64,000 nt of DNA from an uncultured Planctomycetaceae bacterium (GCA_963813715.1 CAWFAK010000009.1:512001-576000); one strand, 5' to 3'; shown: positions 32,300-44,038, counted from the first letter of the stretch. Notes: generated by a model from the sequence alone, not told the origin. Program-made: numbers and translations.

Positions 32300-33067
32300 A
32301 TGTCCGAAGGACACTTGCCGCTCGACGGCACCCCCGACGCTCTGGAACCGTTGCCCTCCGACATCAGCGCCACTCAAAAGACGGCCGCCGTCTGTGGCGG
32401 CCGTCATAGACGGCTGGCCACGCTGGGCGGAGCCTTCCTGGCGCTCATTGGCTTGGTGGGTTACTTCTACTGGTCGATGGTGCACGATGAGCACACGACG
32501 GCCCAAATCCAGAAAGAACTGAAGGCCGAAGGCGTGCAGCTCTTCTTCTCGAAGGCCGAGCCCAAGGAAGCCAGCTTTTCTCCCTTTCAGCAATTGACGT
32601 CAACCGTGAAGGTGATGGCTCCCGCGGGCAACGTCACCGACGTTCTGCTTAAGCGGATTGCCGGCATCAACCTCGATATGGACCTGGTGCTTAACAATTG
32701 CCCCGTCACCGACGACGGCTTGGCCGCGCTCGAAGGCAAACCGCACCTCCGCGGCCTCGATCTGCGGAGAACCAAAGTTACCGACGAGGGAATCAAGCAT
32801 CTCCGCGGGGCTCGACTGGAAGAGCTCGACCTGTCCTCCACCAAGGTCGACGACGACGGGCTGGCCGCGCTGAGCCAGCTCGAATTCCCCTACCTGGGGA
32901 CTTTGACGATCGAGCACCTGCCCAACGTCACAGACAAGGGAATCCAGCAATTGGCGGGGTTCCAATCGCTGGAGTTTCTCACCGTCACCGGGACCAAGGT
33001 CACGCGCAAGGGAGCGGAGCAACTCAGGAACAAGATTCCCGGCCTCACCGTTCTGGGACTCCCGTGA
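32300..33067 (+). CDS. membrane-anchored leucine-rich repeat protein
   Basis: One TM helix, then LxxLDLxxTKVTDxGL repeats. Confidence 0.85.
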   Translation: MSEGHLPLDGTPDALEPLPSDISATQKTAAVCGGRHRRLATLGGAFLALIGLVGYFYWSMVHDEHTTAQIQKELKAEGVQLFFSKAEPKEASFSPFQQLTSTVKVMAPAGNVTDVLLKRIAGINLDMDLVLNNCPVTDDGLAALEGKPHLRGLDLRRTKVTDEGIKHLRGARLEELDLSSTKVDDDGLAALSQLEFPYLGTLTIEHLPNVTDKGIQQLAGFQSLEFLTVTGTKVTRKGAEQLRNKIPGLTVLGLP

Positions 33068-33203
33068 GCGTCGCGCGACTCGCCGCTTGGCACGACCCGA
33101 TTGGTCGAATGTCCGTTCGTCGGCCGGAACCGTCGGCCCCACCCACGCATGACGTCGCGGCGCACCGACTGAGCCCGGACGTCTGCCTGCGCGAAAAGGC
33201 CCC

Positions 33204-36200
33204 ATGAGGCGCATCTCCCGTCTTCTGGTTGCCAACCGCAGCGAGATCGCGATCCGCGTCTTCAGGACCGGACACGAGCTGGGCATCCGCACCATCGCGA
33301 TCTACGCCCACGAGGATCGCTTCGCCCTGCACCGCCTCAAAGCGGACGAAGCCTACCCCATCGGGCAGCCCGGCGAGCCGATCCGCTCCTACCTCAACAT
33401 CGAAGCGATCATCGCGCTCGCGAAGGAGCGGAAGGTCGACGCGATCCATCCAGGCTACGGCTTCCTCTCGGAAAACCCCGAGCTGGCCCGCGCCTGCGCC
33501 GCCAACGACATCATCTTTGTCGGGCCGCGGGCCGAGCTGTTGGAACAATTAGGCGACAAGATCGCCGCCCGCGCCGTCGCCGAGCGGATCGGCGTGCCGA
33601 TTCTTTCCGGTAGCAAGCAGCCCTTGAAGAACGCGGCCGCCGGACTGAAGGCTGCCGAGAAGATGGCCTTCCCGGTGATCATCAAGGCGTCGAAGGGGGG
33701 CGGCGGTCGGGGCATGCGGGTGGTGCGAGCCGCCAACGAATTCGCCGGTGCCTTCGAGCAAGCCCAGCGCGAATCGCAAGTCGCCTTCGGCTCCTCCGAC
33801 GTCTTCCTGGAGAAGTACGTCCCCCGCGCCCGGCACATCGAAGTTCAGTTGATGGGCGACCTTCACGGGAACCTGGTGCACCTCTACGAGCGCGATTGCT
33901 CGATCCAGCGCCGCCACCAAAAGGTCGTGGAGATCGCGCCGGCCCCATCGCTCGATCCGGCCACGCGGCAGAAAGTCTGCGACGCAGCGCTCTCCATCGG
34001 CCGCGAGCTGCGCTACGAGAACGCCGGCACCGTCGAATTCCTGGTCGATGCCGACAGCGGCGACTTCTACTTCATCGAGGTCAATCCCCGCATTCAGGTC
34101 GAGCACACCGTGACCGAAGAGGTCACCGGCACCGACATCGTCAAATCGCAGATCCTCGTGGCCGAGGGGCTCCCCCTCTCCGATCCCGAGATCGGGCTGG
34201 GCACGCAGGACGCCGTCAAGACGACCGGATTTGCCATCCAGTGCCGCGTCACCACCGAAGACCCGGCCAACAACTTCACGCCCGATCACGGCCGCATCGC
34301 CGCCTATCGCTCGGCGGCCGGCATGGGCATTCGGCTCGACGCGGGGACGGCGTTCACCGGGGCCGTCGTCACGCCGTACTACGACTCGCTGCTGGTAAAG
34401 GTGACCGCCCGCGGTCGCCGCTTCGTCGACGCGGCCAAGCGGATGGAGCGCAGCCTGCAGGAATTCCGCGTCCGCGGCGTGAAGGTGAACGTGCCGTTTT
34501 TGATCCAGTTGATGGAACACCCGCAGTTCCTGGCGGGGGAATGCACGACCACCTTCATCGACAATACGCCCGAACTGTTCCACCTGCAGCGACGCCGCGA
34601 CCGGGCCACGCGGCTCTTGAGCTACCTGGCCGAGACGATCGTCAACGGCAATCCGTTGATGAAGGAGCGACCCGCACCGGCTCGCCGCGCGCGGCCCCTG
34701 TCCCCACGTTTTCCACCCTCGGCCCGATCCCCGAGGGGAGTCGCCAGAAGCTGCAGCGACTGGGTCCAGAGAAGCTCGCGCAATGGGTGCTCAAGCAAAA
34801 GCCGCTTTTGCTCACCGACACCACGTTCCGCGACGCCCATCAGTCGCTGTTGGCGACCCGCCTCCGCACAAACGACCTGCTTAACGTTGCCGAGGCGTAT
34901 GCCCGGCTCTGCCCCGACATCTTCTCGATCGAGATGTGGGGCGGAGCGACGTTCGACACGACGATGCGATTTTTGAAAGAGTCTCCCTGGCGGCGGCTCA
35001 CCGACCTGCGGGAGAAGATCCCCAACATCCTGTTTCAGATGCTGCTCCGCGGCTCGAACGCCGTCGGCTATTCGAACTATCCGGACAACGTCGTCCGCGA
35101 GTTCGTTCGCGAGTCGGCGGCCGCGGGCATCGATCTGTTCCGCATCTTCGATTCGCTCAATTGGCTGCCCAACATGAAGGTGGCCATGGAGGCCGTGCTC
35201 AAAACCGGCGCGATCTGCGAAGCCGGCCATCTGTTACACGGGCGACATCCTCGACCCCAGCCGGCCCAAGTACGACCTCAAGTATTACGTCACGCTCGCC
35301 AAAGAGCTGGAAAAGATGGGCGCCCACATCCTGGCCATCAAGGACATGGCCGGGCTGTGCAAACCGTACGCGGCCCATTTGCTCGTGAAAACGCTCAAGG
35401 ACGAGATCGGCATCCCGATCCATTTCCACACGCACGACACGGCGGGTATTCAGGCGGCCTCGATCCTCAAAGGCGGCCGAGGCCGATCTCGATATCGCCG
35501 ACGCCGCCATGGCGCCGATGTCCGGTGGCACGTCGCAGGTGAATCTAAACACGCTGGTCGAGGCACTGCGATTCACCCCCCACGACCCGGGGCTCGACGC
35601 CGTCGCACTCGACGGGCTGGCCGATTACTGGGAGGCCGTCCGCCAGTTCTACACGCCGTTCGAAAGCGTGGAGCTGGCGGCCACGTCCGATCTCTATCGT
35701 CACGAAATGCCGGGCGGACAGTACACCAACCTGTTTCAGCAGGCCCGCGCGTTGGGGCTGGCCGATCGCTGGGCCGAGGTCCGCCGCCGCTATGCCGAGG
35801 TCAACCAGCTGCTGGGCGACATCGTGAAAGTCACGCCGACCTCGAAATCGGTCGGCGACATGGCCCTGTTTCTCGTCGCCAACAATCTGACCGTGGAAGA
35901 CGCGCTGGACGAAAACCGCGAGCTGGCCTTCCCCGAATCGGTGATCGACCTCGTCAGCGGCCGGATGGGGCAGCCGCCGGGTGGATTTCCCAAGCGAGTG
36001 ATCAGCCGGGTGTTGCATGGCAAAGAGGCGGTGCGGGGTCGTCCCGGGGCGAGCCTACCAGCCATCGACTTCAAGCAGACGGCTGCCGACATGGTTCGCT
36101 TTCTGCACCGCGAGCCGAGCAAGCAGGAAGTGCTCTCCTACGTCCTTTACCCGAAGGTCTACGAGGAATTCTCCCGCCACCAGCGCGACTACTCGGACAC

Positions 36201-36648
36201 GAGCAGCCTGTCGACTCCCGTCTTCCTCTGCGGCCCGCTTCCGGGCGAAGAGGTGTCGATCGACATCGAGGCGGGCAAGACGCTGATCGTTAAATACCTG
36301 ACCACAGGCGACCCGCGCCCCGACGGCACCCGCAGCGTCTTCTTCGAGCTGAACGGCCAGCCGCGCGACGTCACCGTGATCGACCGCGCGATCCTGCCGG
36401 AGGAGGCCAAGGCTCGCAAGGCCGACCCGGACGACCCGCACCACGTCGGCGCCAACATGCCGGGCATGGTGGTCACCGTCGCCGTGCAAGCGGGCGACCC
36501 GGTCGCCAAGGGGCAAAAGCTGCTGACGCTGGAAGCGATGAAGATGCAGACCAACCTCACCGCGGAACGCGACGGCGTCATCGACCAGGTCCTCGTGAAG
36601 CCCGGCACCCAAGTCGAAACCGGCGACCTGCTGCTCACGCTGCGGTAG
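33204..36648 (+). CDS. pyc: pyruvate carboxylase (frameshifts near 34695, 35225, 35475)
   Basis: ANRSEIA, HPGYGFLSEN, RDCSIQRRHQK (BC); DTTFRDAHQS, EMWGGATFD, IKDMAG, HTHDT (CT); EAMKM biotinyl motif. Confidence 0.97.
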
Positions 36649-36663
36649 GTCGTTGGTGGGACT

Positions 36664-37161
36664 TTAGCCGGTCTTCCAACGTTCCAATTCGTCCCGCTTT
36701 TCCATCACCGGTTTTGCGCCGGACGGAATGGGAAGATACATGAAGGTGCCGGAGGCGGCTGCGACGAGAGCGCCTTCGGCCGTGCGGATTTCGCCGCGGG
36801 AGACGGCCGTCATCTGGCCTGCGTGTCGGACTTCGGCACGGGCCGTCAGCTTCTCGCCGAGCCACGCCGGGCGGATATAGTTGATGTTGAGCTGCACGGT
36901 GACGACATGATTGTTGGGCGGAGCCAGAGTCCAGCAGGCACAGCCGAGGCACGAATCGAGCATGGTCGCCACCAGCCCGCCGTGTGCGATGCCCATCGTC
37001 CGCAGGTGCGTTTCGTCGATCGTGACCTCGAAGGCGGCCGTGCCTTTTTCAATCGTCACCGGCTTCACGTTGAGGCGATCGAGAAAATTACGCCCCTCGC
37101 TGCCGGCTTTGAATCGGTTCGCCGCTTCGGCGAACTTGGCGTCGGTCTCGTCCAAAGTCAC
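36664..37161 (-). CDS. PaaI family thioesterase
   Basis: GIAHGGLVATMLDSCLG, VTVQLNINYIRPA. Confidence 0.9.
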   Translation of the reverse strand: MTLDETDAKFAEAANRFKAGSEGRNFLDRLNVKPVTIEKGTAAFEVTIDETHLRTMGIAHGGLVATMLDSCLGCACWTLAPPNNHVVTVQLNINYIRPAWLGEKLTARAEVRHAGQMTAVSRGEIRTAEGALVAAASGTFMYLPIPSGAKPVMEKRDELERWKTG

Positions 37162-37249
37162 ACCCGCTTTCTCGGTTCGTGCCGCAAGAATTCGCTAAAT
37201 TGTGGGTTGCGATTCTAGCAGACCGCTCAACCCGTTGCAGAGGTCGTCG

Positions 37250-38656
37250 ATGCCGCTGATTCCCGACCGCCGCGCGACCATCGCCGGGGCCGCCGCCGCC
37301 CTGGCTCGCGGCGAACTCACCTGCGAGGAGCTGTTGGACAGGTGCCTAGGGCGGATCGATGCTTGGGAGAGCCAGATTCAGGCCTGGGTCCGCGTCGATC
37401 GCGAAGGCGCCCGGCGACAGGCGCGGGAATGCGATGTGCGACTCGCCCGCCATCGCTCGGAGGGATCGGTCGACTCGCTTTCGCCGCTGTTCGGTATTCC
37501 CATCGGCATCAAGGACATCATCGATATCGCCGGGCACGTGACGGGCGCAGGATCGAGTGCGCGAATGGACGGCCCGCCCGCGGAACACGACGCCCCGGTC
37601 GTCCGCAAGCTGCGCGACGCCGGGGCGATCATCCTGGGCAAAACGGTCACCACGCAATTCGCCTGCTTCGATCCGCCGCCGACGCGCAATCCGTGGAATC
37701 TCGAGCGGACACCCGGTGGCTCATCAAGCGGCTCGGCCGCGGCCGTGGCCGCCGGAATGTGCCTGGGCGCGATCGGTTCGCAGACCGGCGGATCGATCAT
37801 TCGCCCCGCGTCGTTCTGCGGCGTCGCCGGCTGCAAACCGACCTTCGGACGCGTGAGCTGCGATGGCGTGGTTCCCGTGGCTCCGAGTCTCGACACCGTT
37901 GGCCCAATCGCCGGCTGCGTGGCCGACCTGGCGATCATGCTGAACGCGATCTCGGTGGGCGACAAAGGAATCCCCGAAGAGCCGAGGCTCAAACTCTCGA
38001 TCGACCTGCGCGACTTGGAACCGCGAAATTCCAAGCCGCCGCGGTTGGCGCTGCTCACCTGTCGCACTGACGACAGACCTGAGTTGTATGAGCGTTTCAG
38101 CGACCCTTCGATGTGGTCTGCCTTAATTCGCGCGCTCGACGCCTTCCGAATTGCCGGCGCTTCAGTTGTCGAACGCCGCGGATTGTTTGTCAGCAATTCG
38201 CACAGCACCGTGATGGCGTTTGAATTGGCAAATACGCATCGCGACCGGTTTCGCCAGCTGCGGTTCGACTATCGGTCGAGCGTCCTCGGCCTAATCCAAG
38301 AAGGGATTCTGATCACGGCGAGTCAGTACGAATCAGCCCGACGAGATCAAGCAAGAGCCGCCGCCGAGTCGGAAGCTCTAATGCAAGACATCGATGCGCT
38401 CGTCTGCCCAGCCGCCAATGGCCCGGCCCCCGATCCGTCGACCACCGGCAATCCGATCTTCAATTCCTCGTGGACCTTCACGGGCCAGCCGGCCATCACT
38501 TTCCCTATGGGTCTGTCCGACGAGGGGCTGCCGCTGGGCATTCAGCTCATCGGGCGACGGTTCGACGACGTCGGCTTGTTCCGAGCGGCGGCTTGGTGCG
38601 AGGCCATTTTGCCGCGGTTGCCGCCACCGAACGTGCCGGAAAAACCGGCGGGCTGA
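37250..38656 (+). CDS. amidase signature family protein
   Basis: IGIKD, GKTVT, PGGSSSGSAAAV, GSQTGGSIIRPAS, GLPLGIQL. Confidence 0.93.
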   Translation: MPLIPDRRATIAGAAAALARGELTCEELLDRCLGRIDAWESQIQAWVRVDREGARRQARECDVRLARHRSEGSVDSLSPLFGIPIGIKDIIDIAGHVTGAGSSARMDGPPAEHDAPVVRKLRDAGAIILGKTVTTQFACFDPPPTRNPWNLERTPGGSSSGSAAAVAAGMCLGAIGSQTGGSIIRPASFCGVAGCKPTFGRVSCDGVVPVAPSLDTVGPIAGCVADLAIMLNAISVGDKGIPEEPRLKLSIDLRDLEPRNSKPPRLALLTCRTDDRPELYERFSDPSMWSALIRALDAFRIAGASVVERRGLFVSNSHSTVMAFELANTHRDRFRQLRFDYRSSVLGLIQEGILITASQYESARRDQARAAAESEALMQDIDALVCPAANGPAPDPSTTGNPIFNSSWTFTGQPAITFPMGLSDEGLPLGIQLIGRRFDDVGLFRAAAWCEAILPRLPPPNVPEKPAG

Positions 38657-38671
38657 CACCCGCCGCTCGCC
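38643..38671. repeat. REP family 2 single copy overlapping the amidase stop codon
   Basis: AACCGGCGGGCTGACACCCGCCGCTCGCC, identical to the right arm at 12759-12787; supplies the TGA stop. Confidence 0.88.
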
Positions 38672-38888
38672 TTCTTTGCCCAGCTTCTCACCTAGATTTC
38701 GCGGCTCCGGACGGCCCGAAAGCCGTCTTGAGGCGATCGGCACTATCTGCTACTTAGGCGGCTCCACTCTCTCGCTAATCCCTCCCATTCTCGAAATTTT
38801 CCGACCAAATACGGCCGCGGCCAGCCGCGTTGCAGCGAGTCTTCGCCTGCGACGACTGCGTTTGGTGTGCCGGCCAGGAGATCGTTCG

Positions 38889-41327
38889 ATGCCACGCTTC
38901 GGCATGCTGCTGAGCCTGGTGCTCTTGGGCGCAAGCCTCGCCACGGCAACGCGCCCTGCACGGGCCGCGGTCAAAGAATTTCCATACGAGGCGGTCGTCG
39001 AAGCCGATGAGACCTTCGTCCGCTGCGGCCCCGGCAAGAACTTCTACACCACCATCAAGCTAACCCGCGGCCAGCACGTCACGGTGCGACGGCACGATCC
39101 GGGCGGATGGTTCATGATCGATCCGCCGGCCGGCAGCTTCAGCCTGATCCGCGTCGAAGACGTGGTACAGGAAGGCAACATCGCCACGGTGAAACGCCTC
39201 GAGCAGGGGCAGGCCTGCGTCCGCATCGGCAGCACCGTCGACCCGACCAACGACTCGATCTTTCAACGCAAACTCTCGACCGGCGAGCGGGCCGAGATTC
39301 TTGGCGAAGTCATGATTCCCCGCAAGGACCGGACCGTGCCGATGTTCCGCATCCGGCCGCCGCGCGGCGAGTTCCGCTGGATCGAAGGGAACGATCTGGC
39401 TCCGCTCGACCCCCAAATCAAGCAGCAGCAGGATAACGACCCGTTCACCACGCCGCCCCGCACGCAGGAGGCCCGCAACGATCAAAATCGCCAATTGCCG
39501 CCTGCCGCCAACGCGAGGACGATTGCGCTGTCGACGACCGCTCCGAGTACCCCGACCAGCTCGATCAACGGCACGACGAGCCGAGCGAGCGGGCAGCCGG
39601 GCAAAGGCAAGTCCGGCGCCGGTGCGACGACGACCGCGCAGAAAGGCAAAACATCCGCGACTCAGCAAGTCGTGATTGGGCCCGCGAACTTCGATCCGCG
39701 CGGACGCTTGGACCAAATCGACGTCGAATTTCGCGACATGATCCAAAAAGATCCGCCATCGTGGAATTTGGGTCAGATCGAGCAAGCCTATTTAGAGCTG
39801 CGACAGAACCCGGCAGCCGCGGGAGTGGCCAATCAGGTCGACCTGCGGTTCTCCGCGCTGTCGCATTACAAGCAGGTGAAAGCCGAGTACGACGATTACT
39901 ACAGCCTGGTGTCGAACACCTCGCGGCGCGACGCCGAGTTGGCCGCGGTGGAGAATTCGCTCGCGCCGCAGAATTCGCGGCCGGCCATCGGACCGGCCCA
40001 GCAGGAGGCCGTAGCGACGACCGCACCGGCGTCGAACGAGCTGCCGACCCTCAGCATGCCGGGAAACCAACCGAACGCCAGCGGGCAATCATCGGCCGAC
40101 GGTCAGCAATCGTCGCAGTCTCAAATGCCACAGCCTCAATTGTCACCGTCGCAAGATCCACGGGCGGAATATCCGCAGGCGCAATATCCGCCGGCACAAG
40201 TCGGACAGCAGCAATTCCCACAGGCGCAGCAGCAGTCGCAGTTCGAGTCGTCGCCTCAGCCCTCGGCGGGGCCGCAGTCGCCGCCGCAGGACGCGCTGCC
40301 CCAGTTTTCACAGCAGCCCGCGCCGCCTCAACACGAACAACGCCATGGGCCGGTGCTGGGCGCTCCGGTGCCGGTGCCGCTCGAAAACCAGCCGCCGGCT
40401 AATGCCGGTTTCGATCGGTCGCTCGAGCAACCGGCGAATGCCGGCGAATCGATGAATCAGGGCCGCAACCACACCAGTAATTCGCCGGGCGTCGGCGAGA
40501 TGTCTGGGGGCTCCGGCTCTATGCCGTCCGCACCGGCACCGCAGTTCCCGATGCAACAGCCCCCAATGCAGCAAGGGGCCATACAGCTAAGCCCGACGCA
40601 GCCGCTGCCCCCTCAGCAGAACCAGCCGCCGCAGATGCGGAGTTATACGAGCCAGTTCGGCCCGAATCCGGGAGTGCCGGGGCAGATGTACTCGGCTTAT
40701 CCGGGTGCTCAGGGCTCGCAGGTCGCTCCGGGGCAGGTGCAGCCGAACGCCCCCTTTAATTTGACTCCGAGTCAGCCCGGCGCTCTGCCGATGGGTCCGG
40801 TGAACGGCGCTGCGAACCAGCCGTACCCTTCCCAAAACATGGGCTATCCGCGGCAGTATCCGCCCGCCGAGAGCGCACAGCCGTTTGCCGCTCAGCAGCG
40901 CGAAATGCCCCAACAGATACCTCAGCCAATGCCGTCGCAGCAGCCGGGAATGCCGCAAGCCATCGCGTCTCAAGGCGGAGCACCGCAAAACGGGGCTCCG
41001 CAAGGCGGCTTCCCGCCCAACGGAATGAATGCTGGGACACCGCAACTGGCCGCGCCCCGGCAAATCCGTCCGCCCGGATCGCCGCCGCTAGACGGAGCCG
41101 GCATCATTCAGCGGGCCGCCACGACGTCGCCGAACGGACCACGACACGTACTGCTCGCGCCGAACGGCCGAATCCTGGCCTACCTGCAGGGCGACCGGGG
41201 CGTCAATCTCGACGCGTTCGTCGGCCGCTCGATGGGAATTATGGGCGCCCGCGCCTACCAGCCCGACCTGCAGACGGATTTGATCGTCGTCCACGGGATG
41301 GTGCCGGTACGATTGGCACAGCCGTAG
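38889..41327 (+). CDS. exported protein with SH3-like N-terminal domains and long Gln/Pro-rich linker
   Basis: Signal peptide; VRCGPG..FY, GWFMIDPP.GSFS, IRPPRGEFRWI; low-complexity Q/P tract; small C-terminal beta domain. Confidence 0.8.
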   Translation: MPRFGMLLSLVLLGASLATATRPARAAVKEFPYEAVVEADETFVRCGPGKNFYTTIKLTRGQHVTVRRHDPGGWFMIDPPAGSFSLIRVEDVVQEGNIATVKRLEQGQACVRIGSTVDPTNDSIFQRKLSTGERAEILGEVMIPRKDRTVPMFRIRPPRGEFRWIEGNDLAPLDPQIKQQQDNDPFTTPPRTQEARNDQNRQLPPAANARTIALSTTAPSTPTSSINGTTSRASGQPGKGKSGAGATTTAQKGKTSATQQVVIGPANFDPRGRLDQIDVEFRDMIQKDPPSWNLGQIEQAYLELRQNPAAAGVANQVDLRFSALSHYKQVKAEYDDYYSLVSNTSRRDAELAAVENSLAPQNSRPAIGPAQQEAVATTAPASNELPTLSMPGNQPNASGQSSADGQQSSQSQMPQPQLSPSQDPRAEYPQAQYPPAQVGQQQFPQAQQQSQFESSPQPSAGPQSPPQDALPQFSQQPAPPQHEQRHGPVLGAPVPVPLENQPPANAGFDRSLEQPANAGESMNQGRNHTSNSPGVGEMSGGSGSMPSAPAPQFPMQQPPMQQGAIQLSPTQPLPPQQNQPPQMRSYTSQFGPNPGVPGQMYSAYPGAQGSQVAPGQVQPNAPFNLTPSQPGALPMGPVNGAANQPYPSQNMGYPRQYPPAESAQPFAAQQREMPQQIPQPMPSQQPGMPQAIASQGGAPQNGAPQGGFPPNGMNAGTPQLAAPRQIRPPGSPPLDGAGIIQRAATTSPNGPRHVLLAPNGRILAYLQGDRGVNLDAFVGRSMGIMGARAYQPDLQTDLIVVHGMVPVRLAQP

Positions 41328-41373
41328 GTTCCTGCGTGCGCCGCTCCTGAATGTGCGCGGCCGCGATGGGCTG

Positions 41374-42930
41374 TTACGGTTCGTTTTGCGCGACGGCGTC
41401 GTAGCCGACCTTTTCTTCGCCGGCTATGGAAACCCGGTCGCGGAAGCCGATGACGAAGATCACGCACGTGACGAGCGCCTCCACGGCCGGCCAGAGCCAG
41501 ATCTGCGGCCATTGACGGCGCCGCGCGATGTTCCATTCCGTCCGCGTCACCTCGCCATCGCCGCTTCGATCGGCTTTCGTGACCGCCTCGACGAAGCTCG
41601 CGTGATCGTAGATGGTCTCGGTGCCGAGATCCGGATTTTTCTCGGAGTACTCCGCCGGAATCATCGAGGGAGCGACCTTCGAGTCGGGCTTCAGTTTCAG
41701 AACCTCCACGAGATGACTCGGTTTCTCCTCGGTTGTGAGCCAGCTCAACCAGCCTTTCGCAGGTTCCTGATCGCCGCTCCACGCGGGAAGGGGGATTCTT
41801 GTCTCCGTGGTTTGGCCATCCGGACTCTTGATCGTCGCTTTGACGAGGATCAGCGGCGGATAGCGGTCGACAACCCAACCGGAGGCGATCGACCCCAAGA
41901 ACATGCCGACGCCGAGCATCACGAAGGCAATAAAGCTTTGCGCACTGGCCCGCTGACTCTCGTGTACTCGCGTATCGACATAGATATAGCTGGCGACGAA
42001 ATAGAAGTCGTAGCACATCCCGTGCAAAAACAGTCCGAAGATCACGGGGACCAGCGCCAGGCTCGCGAACGCCAGGTAGCGCAGAACCCACGAAAGCATG
42101 CCGACCGTCAGCATCCGCTTGACGCCCAGCCAGACAATAAAGAACGGCATGGCGGCCATGAACCCGACTTCGGAAAGCTGTCCGATCGTCTGCAGGGCCG
42201 TCGGGTACGGAGCGTCCAGCTCCACCAGAAAGCCATTGGCCTGGCTGTAGTAAAAGGACAGCGGGATGCAGATCAACAGCGAGCAGATGACGAACACGAG
42301 AAAGCTCGGGTCGGCGAGCAGCCGAAAGATGCTCTCTCCACCGGCCGATTGGGCTGGCGTACCGGCGGTCGGTGCCGCCTTGAACTTGGGAGGCGTATGC
42401 GGCAAGTACAGGCAGAAGACCGCCAGGATTGCCGACAGGGCGGCGGCGACGAAGAACTGATGATTGGTGACTCCCCCGACCAGAAAGCCGATCAGCCAGC
42501 CCGCGATAATCCAACCCCAAGTCCCCCACACGCGGATGCCGGGAAAATCTCGCTTCGAGTCGGCGATGTTCGCGAAGCTAATCGAATTGGTCAGCGCCAA
42601 GGTCGGCATGTAGCACAACGCATAGAGCTGCATGATGGGAAAGAGATGGCGGAACTCGCTGGCAAAGGCGGCCGCGATCAGCAACAGCGTGCCCATGAAA
42701 TGCAGCCCGGCGAGCATCTTTTCGGTGGAGAAGAAGCGATCCGCCACGTAGCCGACGAACAGCGGCGAGATCATCGCCGCGAGGGCCGTGGTCGAAAACA
42801 TCCAGCCGACCTGGGCGCCGTCGTAGTGCAGCGTGTTGTACATGTAACCGCCGATGGAGACGCCCCACGCGCCCCAAACGGCGTATTCCAGGAACATCAT
42901 GATGCACAAGCGCAGTCGAACGCTGAACAT
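41374..42930 (-). CDS. MFS nucleoside:H+ symporter-like protein (NupG/XapB family) with inserted loop domain
   Basis: MMFLEYAVWGAW, GYVADRFF, YMPTLALTNSI, IRVWGT.GWI, GQLSEV, HGMCYDF. Confidence 0.9.
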   Translation of the reverse strand: MFSVRLRLCIMMFLEYAVWGAWGVSIGGYMYNTLHYDGAQVGWMFSTTALAAMISPLFVGYVADRFFSTEKMLAGLHFMGTLLLIAAAFASEFRHLFPIMQLYALCYMPTLALTNSISFANIADSKRDFPGIRVWGTWGWIIAGWLIGFLVGGVTNHQFFVAAALSAILAVFCLYLPHTPPKFKAAPTAGTPAQSAGGESIFRLLADPSFLVFVICSLLICIPLSFYYSQANGFLVELDAPYPTALQTIGQLSEVGFMAAMPFFIVWLGVKRMLTVGMLSWVLRYLAFASLALVPVIFGLFLHGMCYDFYFVASYIYVDTRVHESQRASAQSFIAFVMLGVGMFLGSIASGWVVDRYPPLILVKATIKSPDGQTTETRIPLPAWSGDQEPAKGWLSWLTTEEKPSHLVEVLKLKPDSKVAPSMIPAEYSEKNPDLGTETIYDHASFVEAVTKADRSGDGEVTRTEWNIARRRQWPQIWLWPAVEALVTCVIFVIGFRDRVSIAGEEKVGYDAVAQNEP

Positions 42931-43133
42931 TCCCGCGTACCTTTTGCTGCAGGTGGCCGTCCGCGCGGTCGTGCGCGTTCCGGCAAAAGTCCGCTCGATC
43001 ATGCCGACTGCCCAGGCGGTGGGCAAGACTCAAACGGTTCGCGCCTGCCGATTTGTCCAATCCGCTCGGCTACAATGACCACCGGTGATTGGCGGACATC
43101 AGCCCGCCCGTTCCTGAGCGAGCGACCGACTCA

Positions 43134-43853
43134 ATGCCCGACCCAGTTCCGACCCAGCCGGCCCGACTACGCCCCCTCACCCGAGAAGAGGTCCGCGACA
43201 TCGACCGCCGGGCGATCGAGACGCTGGGACTGCCCGGCATCGTCCTTATGGAGAATGCCGGACGCGGGGCTGCCGAGCTGTTGATCGAGCTGGGAATCGG
43301 CGGCCCGGTGACCGTCGTTACCGGCAAGGGGAATAATGGCGGGGATGGGTTCGTGATTGCCCGTCACCTCGCCAATTACGGGTACGAGGTGCGGGTGCTG
43401 CTCTTTGCCGATCCGCACGACCTGACGGGCGACGCGGCCACCAACTATCACGTGCTGCGGGCTGCGCGGATGGCCATTCGCAACTGCGCGGCCGATTCCG
43501 ATCCGTCGCAGTGGCGGAACGATCTCGTTTCGGCCTCGTGGATTGTCGACGCCCTGTTGGGTACCGGTACCCGCGGCGCCGTCCGCGAACCGTTCGTCAC
43601 CGTGATCGAAGAGCTCAACGCGACGGGCGTGCCGATCCTGGCCGTCGACCTGCCGTCCGGCCTCGATTGCGACACCGGCGAGCCGTTGGGACCGTGCATC
43701 CGGGCGGCTCACACGGCGACGTTGGTAGCGCCCAAGCAAGGCTTCGAGGCTCCCGGCGCAGCCGCCTTCACGGGAAAAGTGCAGGTGATCGACATCGGGG
43801 TCCCGCGCTCGTTGCTCGAGGAGTTCGTGTTGCCCGGCCGGGCCGCCAACTGA
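43134..43853 (+). CDS. nnrE: NAD(P)H-hydrate epimerase (YjeF N-terminal domain)
   Basis: LMENAG, GKGNNGGDG, VDALLGTG, AVDLPSG, DIGVP. Confidence 0.92.
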   Translation: MPDPVPTQPARLRPLTREEVRDIDRRAIETLGLPGIVLMENAGRGAAELLIELGIGGPVTVVTGKGNNGGDGFVIARHLANYGYEVRVLLFADPHDLTGDAATNYHVLRAARMAIRNCAADSDPSQWRNDLVSASWIVDALLGTGTRGAVREPFVTVIEELNATGVPILAVDLPSGLDCDTGEPLGPCIRAAHTATLVAPKQGFEAPGAAAFTGKVQVIDIGVPRSLLEEFVLPGRAAN

Positions 43854-44038
43854 AGACCAAGTCGGGTCTGCACTCGGGGGAAATCCAGAACCGGCCGGCT
43901 GACATCGGCTTGCTCGCCGTCCGGGCGACTTGGCGGCTGCCTCGGCGGCCCGGATAATGGAAGCTGGACGGCGTGCGGCTTGTACCGCGCTGGTGGACCT
44001 CGCCCGCCTGATCGTGAAATGACCCCAGAGGCAACATC

